A stretch of 64,000 bases of DNA from an uncultured Flavobacteriaceae bacterium (GTDB lineage Bacteria; Bacteroidota; Bacteroidia; Flavobacteriales; Flavobacteriaceae): NCBI GenBank assembly GCA_943789455.1, contig CALSUE010000008.1, positions 11,907-75,906 of the forward strand, in the 5' to 3' direction. The notes under the pieces were generated by a model. That model ran no database searches and had not been told where the DNA came from. It was given only the letters and a program-made list of their open reading frames with translations. Position numbers and translations under genes: made by a program. Below, in pieces: positions 19,157-28,253 of this stretch. The stretch's first letter is position 1. Every line of letters begins with the position of its first letter.

Positions 19157-19598
19157 TATGCATTGATTTTAACATTCCTGAAATAGTTCCTCTACAAACC
19201 AGCTCATTTTTTTCATTAAACAATTCGACCTTACATTTTAGTTTATTAAATCTAAAATAAACTTTTTCTGAAATTACTTTTACACGTTCTTGGGGGTAAA
19301 CAGGTAAAAAGAAATCAATATGATTTGAGGTTAATGCAATTTGTGGTTTTTTTGTAGTAGAAATTTCATCTCTTAATAAGTATATTCCTAAACAAACCAC
19401 CCCAATTTGGGCCATTACTTCGGTTAAAATGACTCCAGGGGTTATTGGATTCTCTTTAAAATGACCTTGATAAAAATACTCGTCTTCTTTAAAGGTGTAA
19501 TATCCCTCGACACCGTGTTCTGATAGAGATATTACTTCATCTACAAACAAGAAGGGTGTTTGATAGGGTAAGAGCTGTATGATTTTTTTATGGTTCAA
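19146..19598 (-). CDS. 3-hydroxyacyl-ACP dehydratase (FabZ-like)
   Basis: LPYQTPFLFVD, GHFKENPITPGVILTEVMAQ; TTG start. Confidence 0.92.
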   Translation of the reverse strand: MNHKKIIQLLPYQTPFLFVDEVISLSEHGVEGYYTFKEDEYFYQGHFKENPITPGVILTEVMAQIGVVCLGIYLLRDEISTTKKPQIALTSNHIDFFLPVYPQERVKVISEKVYFRFNKLKCKVELFNEKNELVCRGTISGMLKSMHNET

Positions 19599-19603
19599 GT
19601 TGT

Positions 19604-20398
19604 TTAGCTTATGTGTTCTCCTCCATCTACAGGAATAATTGTACCATTAATCCAAGATGCTTCGTCTTTAGATAAAAGATAAACAACATTGGCAACGTCT
19701 TCTGGTACTGTTAATTTATGAAATGGATTGCGTAATAAAGAATGTTTTTTTATTTCATCGCTGCCAGGAATCATTCTTAAAGAAGCCGTGTCTGTAACTC
19801 CTGCTTGAATGCAATTTGCTCTAATTCCGAAGGGTGCATACTCTAAAGCAATATTTCTTGTAATTGCTTCTAGCGTTACTTTTGCTGCTGAAACAGCAGC
19901 ATAATTTTTCCATGCTTTCGAGTTTCCTTCACTAGTAAAGCTGATTACTCGCGCATCATCTGAAAATAATTTAGCTTCAAAAACAGCTTTGGTCCAATCA
20001 TACAAACTAACGCCCATTGCTTGTATTGTTAATTGGAAATCATCTGTCTGTAGTGTTGGAGTAGTTTTTGAAATCATGGGTTTTAAATTTCCCTTAGCTA
20101 CGCTGTGTACAAGTGTTTTTATAGCGCCACCATTTAGTTCTTTTTCTAAATCTTCTATCAATGCAGCTCTCTTTTCTGAATGAAAAGCATCTGTGTTATA
20201 CCTAATAAAATCTACCCCTTCTTTAGTAATTTTTTTAAATTCTTTTTCTATTTCTGCTTGTTGTGATCTAGAATTTCTATGTACAATACAAATATTCATT
20301 CCATGACGAGCTAACTTTTTCGCTGTTGCTAGACCTAAGCCGCTAGAGCCTCCTAAAATTAGAGCCCATTCATTTTTATCTTTAAATTCTTTTACCAT
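19604..20398 (-). CDS. Enoyl-ACP reductase (FabL-like SDR)
   Basis: GGSSGLG; YxxxxxxK (NYAAVSAAK) typical of enoyl reductases; VDGG. Confidence 0.8.
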   Translation of the reverse strand: MVKEFKDKNEWALILGGSSGLGLATAKKLARHGMNICIVHRNSRSQQAEIEKEFKKITKEGVDFIRYNTDAFHSEKRAALIEDLEKELNGGAIKTLVHSVAKGNLKPMISKTTPTLQTDDFQLTIQAMGVSLYDWTKAVFEAKLFSDDARVISFTSEGNSKAWKNYAAVSAAKVTLEAITRNIALEYAPFGIRANCIQAGVTDTASLRMIPGSDEIKKHSLLRNPFHKLTVPEDVANVVYLLSKDEASWINGTIIPVDGGEHIS

Positions 20399-21444
20399 TC
20401 TAATAGTATTCTTTGTGCAGAAAAGCCTGGCCCAAAACTTAGCATCAGTCCTTTTTCTCCAGGTTGTCTATCTCCATCCATAAATCGCTCTAAAACATAT
20501 AGTACGGTTGCACTAGACATATTTCCATACAATCGTAAAACCTCTTTTGTGTCATCAATATTCTTCCCTAAAGATCCAAATAAATCTTCTACTGTTTGAA
20601 CAATCTTCTTGCCTCCAGGGTGAAAAATTAAATGATTTATGTCTTCAATTGTTAAATTATTCCGTTCTAAAAAAGGGTGAACTATCATTGGAAAATGATT
20701 TGATATGGTTTCTGGAACTGATTTATCTAATATCATTTGTAAGCCTGAATTTACCAATTTAAACCCCATCATATGGGTTGAATTATAAAAATGATACATC
20801 GCTTCATCTATAATTTTTGGTCCTTTATCTTCTTCGTAAGATGATAAAATAACACTTGCTGCACCGTCACCAAAAATTGCAGCACTCACAATATTTACCA
20901 TGGAAAAATCTTCTAGCTGAAATGTTGCTGTTGGAGATTCTACTGCAACCACTGCCGCTCTTTTATTTGGGTTGGCTTTTAAAAAGTTTTTTGCATAAAT
21001 AATCCCTGAAACTCCAGCTGCACAACCCATTTCTGTAACTGGAAGCCTCACAACATCTTGTTTCATTTGCAAACTATTAATTAAATAAGCGTCTACAGAA
21101 GGGATCATAATTCCCGTACAGCTGACAGTTATTATATAGTCAATATCTGTGGGTTGTAAACTTGCTTTTTCTAAAGACTTTTTTAATGATTGTTCTGCCA
21201 AGGCTGTTACCTCTCTAGCATAGATATTGTTTTTTTCTTCAAAAGACGAATTTAAAAAAACCTCTTCTGCATCCATAATAGAATACCGCCTATCTACACC
21301 AGCCCCTTCAAAAAGTTTTAATACTTTTCGTTGAAACCTTTTTTCCTGACCTTGCATCCATAATTTCACAAATGGAATAATGTCTTTAGTTTCTCTAGTA
21401 TGTTTTGGTAGCTGTTTCGCTACAGATAATATTTTTACATTCAT
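20392..21444 (-). CDS. Type III polyketide synthase
   Basis: Catalytic triad MGCAAG / FHPGG / YGNMSSATVL; FGDGAA; SFGPG. Confidence 0.96.
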   Translation of the reverse strand: MNVKILSVAKQLPKHTRETKDIIPFVKLWMQGQEKRFQRKVLKLFEGAGVDRRYSIMDAEEVFLNSSFEEKNNIYAREVTALAEQSLKKSLEKASLQPTDIDYIITVSCTGIMIPSVDAYLINSLQMKQDVVRLPVTEMGCAAGVSGIIYAKNFLKANPNKRAAVVAVESPTATFQLEDFSMVNIVSAAIFGDGAASVILSSYEEDKGPKIIDEAMYHFYNSTHMMGFKLVNSGLQMILDKSVPETISNHFPMIVHPFLERNNLTIEDINHLIFHPGGKKIVQTVEDLFGSLGKNIDDTKEVLRLYGNMSSATVLYVLERFMDGDRQPGEKGLMLSFGPGFSAQRILLEW

Positions 21445-21472
21445 ATTATGAACTTTATAAGCAAAAATTCTT

Positions 21473-22195
21473 TTAATAAATCGTTTCTTTTTTCAACAGC
21501 CACAAGTAGCGAAAGGCCCATTTCCATTGAATTGAAAAACTTACATCTGCTTTTGTTAAGATCGTTTCTAATTCTTTTCTTTTAAAGGCTCTCAAAACAG
21601 AAGTTAAGCCGTCTTCTCTTACCATCTTGTTTTTAATAAATAATCCAATCAGTCTAAAAAGATAATACGCCATTTTATGCCTGTGTAAATCATTCACAAC
21701 AACACCAATTGATGCTTTTTGAACCGTCGATTTTAAAAAGGGTATCAAATCGTCGGTTTTAAAATGATGTAAAAACAAAGTGCATAAAACCACGTCAAAA
21801 TTTTGCTTTTTAAAATCTTGAGAAAAAATATCTATTGTGTCAAAACTTAATTCTGAATAGTCTTTAGAAAGCTCTCTAGCATACTCTATGGCAGCAGGAT
21901 TTGCATCAACCCCTAATAAGTTAAACTTATACTTATTTTTTCTACCAAACTTTGCAACATCTCTTAGGATATCTCCATGACCGCAGCCTAAATCTATAAT
22001 TGTAATTGTCTTCGTTTTTGTCTGTGTATCTAATAATTTTTTTAACCCTTTTATAGTTACTGAATTGCCCCCTAATAACCTGTTAATAATCTCCAATTTG
22101 TCTAATGTGTCTCTAAAATCAACTCCTTTAAGACTAAAGTCATCCATCATCTCTGTAGCTGAAGAACGGTGAGAAGTATCAACTAAAAAACTCAT
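21473..22195 (-). CDS. SAM-dependent methyltransferase of the type usually found with type III PKS
   Basis: EMMDD N-terminus, IIDLGCGHGD motif I, TLFLHHF, VNDLHR. Confidence 0.88.
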   Translation of the reverse strand: MSFLVDTSHRSSATEMMDDFSLKGVDFRDTLDKLEIINRLLGGNSVTIKGLKKLLDTQTKTKTITIIDLGCGHGDILRDVAKFGRKNKYKFNLLGVDANPAAIEYARELSKDYSELSFDTIDIFSQDFKKQNFDVVLCTLFLHHFKTDDLIPFLKSTVQKASIGVVVNDLHRHKMAYYLFRLIGLFIKNKMVREDGLTSVLRAFKRKELETILTKADVSFSIQWKWAFRYLWLLKKETIY

Positions 22196-23328
22196 AGTGG
22201 TTGTAACTGTTTTCCATGGGTAAATTTGATCATTTTAGGCAATAATGAAGGTATTCTTTTTAAAATTGAATATGCTATTTGAGAAAGCATTTGATTTCTA
22301 AACAACCAAGCAACAAAATGACCTGTTTTTAACCGTATTTTAAATTCTTTATTCCAATCTCTAATATACTGTTTTTCTAGAGCTGCTCTGGTTTTTATTT
22401 CGCCATTTAAGAATTGAAGTATTCGTATACTTGCCAATCGAGCGCTAGAAATAGCCATACCCATACCATTTCCACACAAGGGATGTATCATTCCGGCAGT
22501 ATCTCCACACATGATAATGTGATCTTCCACTGGGGTTTTTGTTTGAAAAGATATTTGGCTAATGGATAACGGTTGTTTAAAAATTGGGGTTGTTTCTTTA
22601 AATAATTTTCTAAGATATTCATTTTTAAAAACAACTTGATTTTGAAAATCTGTAATCGTTTTATGTTTTTTAAACAAACGGTATTCTGTAATATAACACA
22701 GGTTAATGGCGTTATTTTCAACTTTAGACACCCCGCAGTAGCCACCTTCAAAGTTATGTAAAGCAACTAAATCTTCCGGAAAGACTCCTTTTACATGAAT
22801 TTTTACGGCCAAATACGGTGATTTTTTTTGAAAAAATTTTCGGTTCATTTTTTTATCTAGTGAAGATCTTTTTCCAAAAGCACCAACTACAACCTTGCTT
22901 TGAAATACCTTGGCGTTTTTTGTTGTAATTGTAAAAGCATCTTCTTTAAAATGAATAGCCTCTACCGAATCTTTTAAAACCTGAACACCATTCAAGCGGG
23001 CTTTGTTCACTAACAGATCATCTAAAAAATAGCGACTCATTCCAAAACCTCCTAAGGGTAATTCTCCTTTTATTAGATTACTTTTTATAGTACTTATATG
23101 AACTTTAGTGATTTTTTTAGCACCATAATTTATTGGGTGGATGCCTAATGAATTTAAATAGGGCAATACTTCGTTAGAAATGTACTCTCCACATACTTTA
23201 TGTTTTGGATATTCGTTCTTTTCAACTAATAAAACCTGTTTGTTCTGTTTAGATAAATGAATAGCGCTTGTTAGCCCTGCCAAACCTCCTCCTACTATAA
23301 TTACATCAAATGCTCGTCTTTTTTTCAA
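22192..23328 (-). CDS. FAD-dependent oxidoreductase (geranylgeranyl-reductase / aromatic hydroxylase-like)
   Basis: GGGLAG, KVCGEYIS, GDTAGMIHPLCGNGMGMA; TTG start. Confidence 0.88.
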   Translation of the reverse strand: MKKRRAFDVIIVGGGLAGLTSAIHLSKQNKQVLLVEKNEYPKHKVCGEYISNEVLPYLNSLGIHPINYGAKKITKVHISTIKSNLIKGELPLGGFGMSRYFLDDLLVNKARLNGVQVLKDSVEAIHFKEDAFTITTKNAKVFQSKVVVGAFGKRSSLDKKMNRKFFQKKSPYLAVKIHVKGVFPEDLVALHNFEGGYCGVSKVENNAINLCYITEYRLFKKHKTITDFQNQVVFKNEYLRKLFKETTPIFKQPLSISQISFQTKTPVEDHIIMCGDTAGMIHPLCGNGMGMAISSARLASIRILQFLNGEIKTRAALEKQYIRDWNKEFKIRLKTGHFVAWLFRNQMLSQIAYSILKRIPSLLPKMIKFTHGKQLQPL

Positions 23329-23331
23329 TTG

Positions 23332-23865
23332 TTATTTAGTAGCAGAATACTCTACTTGAATTTTTACATTATTAGACAAAATAAAACTTCTATTTCCAAT
23401 ATCAAAGTTTTTACGATTTATCAGCATTGAAGCTTTTAATATTAGTCTTGAATTGTCTTCAAAAACTTCTAAGGGAATCTCCTCCTTCTTGGTAATTCCT
23501 TTGATACTTAACTCTGCAAAAAGAGTAATGTTACCATTCGTGTCCTTTGTAAGTTTAGAGGATTTAAGTGTGATTTTTTCATGATTTAAAGCATCAAAAT
23601 AATCTGTTTCTAATACGTGGTTATCTCTTGCTTCTATGCCTGTAAAAATAGAATTTACCATAATAGTCGCATTCAAATAGCTATTAGATAAATCTTTGGT
23701 GTCTAGATTTGTGTTTACATCTATGGTTTTAAAGCCACCATCTACAGTGAGTCCGAAATTTTTAATTTTAAATGAAACACGGGTTTGTTCTTTATCTTGA
23801 ATCCATTCTTGAGAGAATAGGTTCATGGTAATTAAAATCAATAATAGGGGTAGTTTTTTGAACAT
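23332..23865 (-). CDS. YceI family polyisoprenoid/lipid-binding protein, secreted
   Basis: Signal peptide; VSFKIKNFGLTVDGGF, SIFTGIEARDNH, INRKNFDIG. Confidence 0.85.
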   Translation of the reverse strand: MFKKLPLLLILITMNLFSQEWIQDKEQTRVSFKIKNFGLTVDGGFKTIDVNTNLDTKDLSNSYLNATIMVNSIFTGIEARDNHVLETDYFDALNHEKITLKSSKLTKDTNGNITLFAELSIKGITKKEEIPLEVFEDNSRLILKASMLINRKNFDIGNRSFILSNNVKIQVEYSATK

Positions 23866-23884
23866 TTCTTAAAGTAATTTTAAT

Positions 23885-24994
23885 TTAATCAAGCAAATCC
23901 GCTAACTCTTTTCCGACTAATGAACCGATAGCAACACCCATGCCACCCAAACGGATTCCGCAGTAAGTATGCTCTGATAGTTGTTTTACAATAGGTTTTT
24001 TCTGATTTCCAACTCCCATAATTCCACTCCAGCGGTGTGTAATTTCAAACTCATTATTTGGTAAAATAATTGTTTTTAAAAGTGATTCTAACTTATTTTG
24101 AATACGGTTGGTTTGACCAAATTGAGTAGTTTCTTCTGTTTTAAAATCTAAATTCCTTCCACCTCCTAATAATATTCTATTGTCAATATTTCTAAAATAG
24201 TAATAGCCTTCATCTAAGTGAAACGTTCCTTTAATGTGTAAATCTTTTATGGGGGAAGTAATCAATACTTGAGCTCTTGCTGGAGCTATATTTTCGTCTA
24301 GAAGTTTTTTTGAAAAACCATTGGTTGCAAAAAATAATTTAGATGCTGAAACCTCCCCTTGATTTGTTGTAATGTTTATTTGATTGGCCTCTTCAGAAAA
24401 GTCTAAAACAGTCGTGTTATTTATGACCTTGACCCCCTTTTCATATGCTGTTTTTAACAGCTGTGAAATCATTTTACCTGCATCTATCTGAGCTTCAAAT
24501 TTATTAACCAGGTAGGATGGAACCGTATTTTGAAAATTAAATTTATTTTGAGCCGTAGAAAACACATTAGCATTAAAAAGAGGAAATAATAATTGATTTA
24601 ACTCCTCTGTTTTGTTTTTGCATGCTTCAAATAAAGTTTCATTAAAAAACAATTCGTATCCACCGTGTTGTTGGTAATCAATATTCTTATCTCCTAATAG
24701 GTTTCTAAGAATTTGTAAGCCCTCCCATCTCTTTTTTACCAACTGAAAAACCTCTTGCTTTGAGTGAGTCTTTAGATCGCTTAATAGTTCTGAGGTACTG
24801 CCAAAACAAGCAAAACCAGCGTTTTTTGTACTTGCGCCTTGTGGCAATAAACCCTTTTCTAAAACTAAAACTTTTGATTTTGGAAAACGTTCTTTTAAAT
24901 GAATTGCACAACTTAAACCAACTATTCCACTTCCAACAACAACAAAATCATTGTTAGCAAACCACTCTTTATATTCCCAATAACTGTAATTCAT
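23885..24994 (-). CDS. FAD-dependent oxidoreductase, DAO/PuuB-like
   Basis: GSGIVG, GASTKNAG, WSGIMG, GGMGVAIG. Confidence 0.85.
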   Translation of the reverse strand: MNYSYWEYKEWFANNDFVVVGSGIVGLSCAIHLKERFPKSKVLVLEKGLLPQGASTKNAGFACFGSTSELLSDLKTHSKQEVFQLVKKRWEGLQILRNLLGDKNIDYQQHGGYELFFNETLFEACKNKTEELNQLLFPLFNANVFSTAQNKFNFQNTVPSYLVNKFEAQIDAGKMISQLLKTAYEKGVKVINNTTVLDFSEEANQINITTNQGEVSASKLFFATNGFSKKLLDENIAPARAQVLITSPIKDLHIKGTFHLDEGYYYFRNIDNRILLGGGRNLDFKTEETTQFGQTNRIQNKLESLLKTIILPNNEFEITHRWSGIMGVGNQKKPIVKQLSEHTYCGIRLGGMGVAIGSLVGKELADLLD

Positions 24995-25443
24995 TATATT
25001 AATTTTTCAAAGCAATTACTGTCATCCATTTGGGCATACTGACCGTAATTTGGAATGCTTTTATATCCAGATTTTTTATAAAAGTTTATTGCTGCTACTT
25101 GGTTATTTCCTGTCTCTAAGATACATTTTATAAATCCTTTTTCTGAGGCCCAATCTTCAAGGGAGTTTAAAATAGAACTGGCAATTTTAGTGCCTCTGTG
25201 TTCTTTTTTTACATACATCCTTTTTACTTCAACAGTATTTACATCAAACGCTCTAAAAGCTCCACAACCAATAGCATTTTTTCCTTGGTAAGCAATTACT
25301 ACATTTTTTATTTTTTCCAAAGTATTGAACTGGTTGTAAAACTCATGATCATCTCCATCTGTTATCTTTAAATAAGCATCTAACTCAAATATTAATCCTC
25401 TGAAATCAGTATTCTTACTATTTGTTCTGATGATATTTATCAT
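24994..25443 (-). CDS. GNAT acetyltransferase
   Basis: VEVKRMYVKKEHRG, LETGNNQVAAINFY. Confidence 0.88.
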   Translation of the reverse strand: MINIIRTNSKNTDFRGLIFELDAYLKITDGDDHEFYNQFNTLEKIKNVVIAYQGKNAIGCGAFRAFDVNTVEVKRMYVKKEHRGTKIASSILNSLEDWASEKGFIKCILETGNNQVAAINFYKKSGYKSIPNYGQYAQMDDSNCFEKLI

Positions 25444-25479
25444 GTAACATGTTTATAGGTTTTGCCGTTTAATGAAAAC

Positions 25480-25487
25480 CAAAAGTA
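25480..25487 (-). promoter_or_regulatory. -7 promoter box heading the 12-gene PKS operon
   Basis: TACTTTTG in the 53-bp dinB-GNAT gap. Confidence 0.6.
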
Positions 25488-25496
25488 CATTGGTCT

Positions 25497-26579
25497 TTAA
25501 AACTCTAACTTTAACTGAACCCAAACAGGGTCTTTTTTTTCTGTGTCTAAGTTAGAAAAAGATATGCCTAATAACCTCACAGAGTTTTTAAACTTTTCTT
25601 GGTATACTAGCTCTTTTATATTATGCATGATTTCGTCTTTAGTTTGCATAAAGCTTTGAACAGTTTTACTTCTTGTTTGCTGAGTAAAATCACTGTATTT
25701 TATTTTTAAAGTGATTGTTTTCCCTTTTGTTTTTAATATCATCATCCGCTTTTCTAATTCTTCGGCTATTTTATCTAACCTCTCTAACATAAATACTTCT
25801 GAGGAAATATTTTTGGAAAAGGTTCTTTCTGCGGCAATTGACTTTCTAATTCGATTTGGTTTTACAGGACTATTATGAACACCTCTCACAATATTGTAAT
25901 AAAAATTTCCTGACTTTCCAAAGAGTTTTGTTAACTCCTCTAAAGATTTATTCTTTAAATCTAATCCTTTAAAGATGCCTAGGTTGTTCATTTTTGCTGC
26001 AGTCACCTTTCCAACGCCGTAAAATTTATTAACCGATAATTCTTCTAAAAAAAGAATTACTTCTTCGGGGTTAATTGTTTTTTGACCGTTGGGTTTATTA
26101 ATGTCTGAAGCTACTTTAGCAATAAACTTATTAATAGATATCCCTGCGGAAGCTCTCAAGTTTAATTCATTAAAAATGCGATCTCTAATTTCTTGGGCAA
26201 TTAAACTTGCTGATAGATTTCCTTTTTTATTTTCAGTAACATCTAAATAAGCTTCGTCTAATGAGAGCGGTTCCACTAAATCTGTATAGTCATTAAAAAT
26301 TTGCCTGATTTTTACTGAAATTTCTTTGTATCTAGAAAATCTTGGTTTTACAAAGATTAGATTGGGGCATTTCTTTTTTGCTAAAACACCACTCATCGCA
26401 GATCTTACGCCAAACTTTCTAGCCTCATAACTTGCTGCTGCAACAACACCTCTTTCACTACTACCGCCAACTGCAACTGGTTTTCCTATTAACTCTTTAT
26501 TGTCTAGTTGCTCAACTGATGCATAAAAAGCATCCATATCTACATGAATTATTTTTCTTAGTTTCGGTTTAGTTTCCAC
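25497..26579 (-). CDS. dinB: DNA polymerase IV
   Basis: HVDMDAFYASVE, SLDEAYLD, KIASD-type motif; GTG start. Confidence 0.97.
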   Translation of the reverse strand: METKPKLRKIIHVDMDAFYASVEQLDNKELIGKPVAVGGSSERGVVAAASYEARKFGVRSAMSGVLAKKKCPNLIFVKPRFSRYKEISVKIRQIFNDYTDLVEPLSLDEAYLDVTENKKGNLSASLIAQEIRDRIFNELNLRASAGISINKFIAKVASDINKPNGQKTINPEEVILFLEELSVNKFYGVGKVTAAKMNNLGIFKGLDLKNKSLEELTKLFGKSGNFYYNIVRGVHNSPVKPNRIRKSIAAERTFSKNISSEVFMLERLDKIAEELEKRMMILKTKGKTITLKIKYSDFTQQTRSKTVQSFMQTKDEIMHNIKELVYQEKFKNSVRLLGISFSNLDTEKKDPVWVQLKLEF

Positions 26580-26653
26580 ATAATAAAGTTACAAAAAATT
26601 GATTTTCTGAAGCAGAAAATAATGTAACTAAACAATAAACGATGCCTTTAAAA

Positions 26654-26681
26654 TAAAAAAAGCGCCACATATGGCGCTTTT
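26654..26681 (-). terminator. gdhA terminator
   Basis: AAAAGCGCCA-4nt-TGGCGCTTTT with a U-tract on the minus strand. Confidence 0.9.
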
Positions 26682-26702
26682 AATACTTTTAAAATTTAAA
26701 TG

Positions 26703-28046
26703 CTAAACGATACCCTGAGCTAGCATAGCATCTGCAACTTTTACAAAACCAGCAATGTTTGCTCCTTTTATATAATCAACGGTTCCGTCTTCGTTTTTAC
26801 CATAAACAACACACGATTCATGAATGTCTTTCATAATCTGCTTTAATTTTTCATCTACCTCTTCTCTAGTCCAACTTAAACGTAAAGAGTTTTGACTCAT
26901 CTCTAAACCAGATGTTGCCACACCTCCAGCATTTGAAGCTTTTCCGGGAGCAAATAATATTTTTGCTTTTTGAAATTCATAAATTGCTTCTGGTGTAGAA
27001 GGCATATTTGCTCCTTCTGCCACACAAATACATCCATTATCTACTAATTGTTTTGCATGTTCTCCATTTAATTCATTCTGTGTTGCACAGGGTAAAGCAA
27101 CATCACATGATACGGCCCATGGTGTTTCTCCTTTAAAAAACTTAGCATTGGGATACGCTTTTACATACTCGCTAATCCTTCCTCTTTTCACATTTTTTAA
27201 ATCCATTACATATGCTAATTTATCTGAGTCTATTCCTTCTGTATCTAAAATATACCCTGATGAATCAGAAAGAGTTACCACTTTTGCTCCTAGCTGAGTT
27301 GCTTTCTCAGTAGCGTATTGGGCAACATTTCCAGAACCTGAAACTACCACTGTTTTTCCTTTAAAAGAATCTCCTTTTGTTTGCAGCATATTTTCTGCAA
27401 AATATACATCTCCATATCCTGTAGCTTCTGGTCTAATCATAGAACCTCCCCAAGAAGCACCTTTACCCGTTAAAACACCAGTAAAAGAGTTCTTAAGTTT
27501 TTTATACATTCCAAACATAAATCCAATTTCTCTCCCACCAACTCCGATATCTCCTGCAGGAACATCTGTGTTATGACCTATATGTCTAAAAAGCTCACTC
27601 ATAAAAGCGTGGCAAAATCGCATAATTTCATTATCAGATTTACCTTTAGGATCAAAGTCTGAACCTCCTTTTCCTCCACCCATTGGCAGTGTTGTTAATG
27701 AGTTTTTGAATACTTGTTCGAAGGCTAAAAACTTTAAAATACTTGCATTAACTGTTGGGTGAAATCTAAGCCCACCTTTGTAGGGTCCTATAGCTGAATT
27801 CATTTGAACTCGATACCCTCTATTGACTTGAATCTCTCCTGAATCATCTACCCATGAAACCCTAAAAGATATTAATCTTTCTGGCTCTACCATTCTAAGT
27901 AAGATGTTTTTCCCGTGATAGATATCGTTCTTAACTATATAAGGGATAACTGTTTCTGCAACTTCTTGAACTGCTTGTAAAAATTCTGGTTCATGATGGT
28001 TTCTCAGCTTCACCAAGTCCATAAAAGCATTAATTTTTGCCTGCAT
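26703..28046 (-). CDS. gdhA: NADP-specific glutamate dehydrogenase
   Basis: GPYKGGLRFHP, GGGKGG, DVPAGDIG, GSGNVA. Confidence 0.97.
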   Translation of the reverse strand: MQAKINAFMDLVKLRNHHEPEFLQAVQEVAETVIPYIVKNDIYHGKNILLRMVEPERLISFRVSWVDDSGEIQVNRGYRVQMNSAIGPYKGGLRFHPTVNASILKFLAFEQVFKNSLTTLPMGGGKGGSDFDPKGKSDNEIMRFCHAFMSELFRHIGHNTDVPAGDIGVGGREIGFMFGMYKKLKNSFTGVLTGKGASWGGSMIRPEATGYGDVYFAENMLQTKGDSFKGKTVVVSGSGNVAQYATEKATQLGAKVVTLSDSSGYILDTEGIDSDKLAYVMDLKNVKRGRISEYVKAYPNAKFFKGETPWAVSCDVALPCATQNELNGEHAKQLVDNGCICVAEGANMPSTPEAIYEFQKAKILFAPGKASNAGGVATSGLEMSQNSLRLSWTREEVDEKLKQIMKDIHESCVVYGKNEDGTVDYIKGANIAGFVKVADAMLAQGIV

Positions 28047-28086
28047 ATTTTTGTTTTTGATTTGTTTTAACTGTTCAATTTTGCGA

Positions 28087-28094
28087 CAAAGATA
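28087..28094 (-). promoter_or_regulatory. -7 promoter box for gdhA
   Basis: TATCTTTG. Confidence 0.65.
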
Positions 28095-28220
28095 TATATT
28101 TTAAGACATCTTAATCATAGTTTTTTAGTTTTGTTTTTATCTGTAACATCAGTATTCAATCGATTTCGTGTTGATTTTTGTTTTCGACAGGAAAATGAAA
28201 CACTTTCTTTATAAAAAATG

Positions 28221-28228
28221 TAAATTTG
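28221..28228 (+). promoter_or_regulatory. -7 promoter box for pheS
   Basis: TAAATTTG. Confidence 0.65.
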
Positions 28229-28253
28229 TACAATATTTATCTGATAATAAAAT

